Shown here: positions 53,660 through 55,101 of the stretch, piece by piece
Numbering within the stretch: the stretch's first letter is position 1
How the letters are laid out: the number at the start of each line of letters is the position of its first letter
Source: Eubacteriales bacterium
GTDB taxonomy: Bacteria > Bacillota > Clostridia > Oscillospirales > SIG627
Length of the DNA stretch: 55,101 bases
Direction of reading: 5' to 3'
Assembly: GCA_045658765.1 (NCBI GenBank)
Contig: JAZOVP010000099.1
Coordinates: forward strand, 1-55,101
Made by a program: the position numbers and the translations under genes
The notes under the pieces: generated by a model
What the model was told of the DNA's origin: nothing
Seen by the model: the letters and a program-made list of their open reading frames with translations, nothing else
The model's database searches: none

Positions 53660-54763
53660 TCAAACATTAAAACGGAATAAAACCACATCTCCGTCTTGCA
53701 TCACATATTCTTTTCCTTCCGAGCGCAAAAGTCCCTTTTCGCGCACCGCCGCCATCGATCCGAGCGAGGTCAGATCTTCGAAAGATACCACCTCCGCGCG
53801 AATGAATCCGCGTTCAAAATCGGAGTGAATTTTTCCTGCCGCTTGAGGCGCCAATGTGCCTTTGGTAATCGTCCAAGCGCGCACCTCGGGTTTGCCCGCG
53901 GTGAGGTAGCTGATCAGCCCGAGCAAAGAATAACTTGCCGAAACAAGTCTCTCAAGCCCGGCATGCTCAATGCCAAGATCCTCCAAAAAGAGTTTGCGAT
54001 CCTCCGCAGAAAGCTCAGCAAGCTCCGATTCGATTTTCGCGCAAATGGGAATGATCTCATTCTCGCTTTCCTTCGCATAATCGGAAAGTGCGGCAAAGTG
54101 AGGGTTCTTTTCATAAAGCCCATCCCCCTCCACAATGTCCTCCTCCGAAACATTTGCGGCAAAAATCTGCATCTTCATCGATAAAAGCGGCATCTCGGCA
54201 AGAAGCGCTCTCTCGGCATCCGAAAATTCAAGTCCGCGAGGGCTCTTTCCTTCTTCGAGCTTTGCCATCAGTTTTTTGATCAGATCAATTTCGGTTTGCG
54301 CCGATTTATCACCCTTAAGGCGCTTCTGCGCACGATCCATTCTGCGCTCCAAAATTTCCATATCGGAAAGAATTAATTCCATGTTGATCACATCAGCATC
54401 TCTCACAGGATCAATTCCCTTGTCCACATGCACAATATCGGGATCGTCGAAGCAACGCACCACATGCACAATGGCATCCACCTCGCGAATGTGCGAAAGG
54501 AATTTGTTTCCAAGTCCTTCGCCTTGGCTCGCGCCCTTCACAAGCCCCGCAATATCCACAAATTCAATCACCGCAGGGGTAATCTTATCGGGCTCATACA
54601 TTTCAGCAAGCTTATCCAGTCGAGCATCCGGCACCGGCACCACGCCCACATTCGGCTCAATGGTGCAAAACGGGTAATTCGCCGCCTGCGCTCCGCCCCC
54701 CGTCATCGCATTAAAAAGGGTGCTTTTTCCCACATTGGGAAGTCCCACAATTCCAAGTTTCAT
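53660..54763 (-). CDS. ychF: Redox-regulated ATPase YchF (Obg-like GTPase family)
   Basis: MKLGIVGLPNVGKSTLFNA and a C-terminal TGS-like end (QDGDVVLFRFNV). Start reset from TTG 54772 to ATG 54763. Confidence 0.9.
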   Translation of the reverse strand: MKLGIVGLPNVGKSTLFNAMTGGGAQAANYPFCTIEPNVGVVPVPDARLDKLAEMYEPDKITPAVIEFVDIAGLVKGASQGEGLGNKFLSHIREVDAIVHVVRCFDDPDIVHVDKGIDPVRDADVINMELILSDMEILERRMDRAQKRLKGDKSAQTEIDLIKKLMAKLEEGKSPRGLEFSDAERALLAEMPLLSMKMQIFAANVSEEDIVEGDGLYEKNPHFAALSDYAKESENEIIPICAKIESELAELSAEDRKLFLEDLGIEHAGLERLVSASYSLLGLISYLTAGKPEVRAWTITKGTLAPQAAGKIHSDFERGFIRAEVVSFEDLTSLGSMAAVREKGLLRSEGKEYVMQDGDVVLFRFNV

Positions 54764-54796
54764 AGTTGTCAAATCTCCTATTCAAAATACAGATGT

Positions 54797-54825
54797 ATTG
54801 TATCACACCCCCCTGCGAAAAGCAA
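54797..54825 (-). promoter_or_regulatory. Sigma-A type promoter of ychF
   Basis: On the minus strand: TTGCTT, 17 nt, TACAAT with a TGn extension. Confidence 0.5.
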
Positions 54826-54996
54826 GTGCCTCCCCCGCATTTGCCAAGAAAAGATGAAAGCGATGCTTTTTCTCGAAAAATCCCGCATTCCCCTATATAT
54901 AATAATGAAGATTTTTTGAAGAATCGGCGCAAAATCGTATAAAGTGTGAACAGGGTGAAAACAAAGAGAAAATCGTGTTTTTTTTGCAATTTCCCC

Positions 54997-55025
54997 CTTG
55001 ACAAAGGGGAGAAATTTTGGTAGAC
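54997..55025 (+). promoter_or_regulatory. Sigma-A type promoter reading out of the window
   Basis: TTGACA, 17 nt, TAGACT. The -35 element sits in the palindrome CCCCTT-gaca-AAGGGG. The downstream target lies beyond the window end. Confidence 0.45.
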
Positions 55026-55101
55026 TAAAAATCCACCGCCGCAAAGAAGCGGAAGCCGGTTGAGGAAAAAAACTTTAAAAAAAGTTTTAGAAAGTACTTG
55101 A

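Overview
This 55.1-kb window is a densely coding chromosomal segment from an endospore-forming Firmicute, probably Clostridia-like, since spo0A and spoIIAA-spoIIAB-sigF are present. All calls come from reading the ORF translations and DNA motifs by eye; no database search was possible. Most of the window is housekeeping. (1) Positions 473-9629 (-) hold a translationally coupled nine-gene aromatic amino-acid operon covering all seven shikimate steps plus pheA, tyrA and an aminotransferase. It is preceded by a consensus promoter and a 22-codon Phe/Tyr-rich leader peptide with a terminator, which looks like a ribosome-mediated attenuator. (2) Other identifiable genes are the spoIIA operon, xth, alr, dat, tex, an amino-acid ABC transporter, nadE, a CDF transporter, pdxK, cysE, spo0A, polA, a GH20 hexosaminidase and ychF. 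(3) The outstanding region is an eight-gene operon at 18.3-29.4 kb. It encodes a 395-aa HD-less mini-Cas10-like cyclase with an intact GGDD motif, a possible Csm4-like partner, and two tandem DxTHG-type CARF proteins, one carrying a C-terminal RX4H HEPN motif. It also encodes an orphan acidic protein, a 1145-aa SF1 (Upf1/DNA2-like) helicase with an unknown N-terminal half, a Sel1-repeat protein and a small Csx20-like protein. I found no CRISPR array, Cas7 backbone, Cas6 or Cas1/Cas2 anywhere in the window. I interpret it as a candidate array-independent cyclic-oligonucleotide signalling defence system that I cannot place in a described type. Smaller observations include convergent gene remnants at the left edge, an 80-bp-period tandem duplication, an HTH-serine dehydratase fusion, and a long structured leader in front of the CDF transporter. 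Many ORF-track starts are TTG or GTG extensions, and I re-set them to ATG codons that have a ribosome-binding site (RBS).
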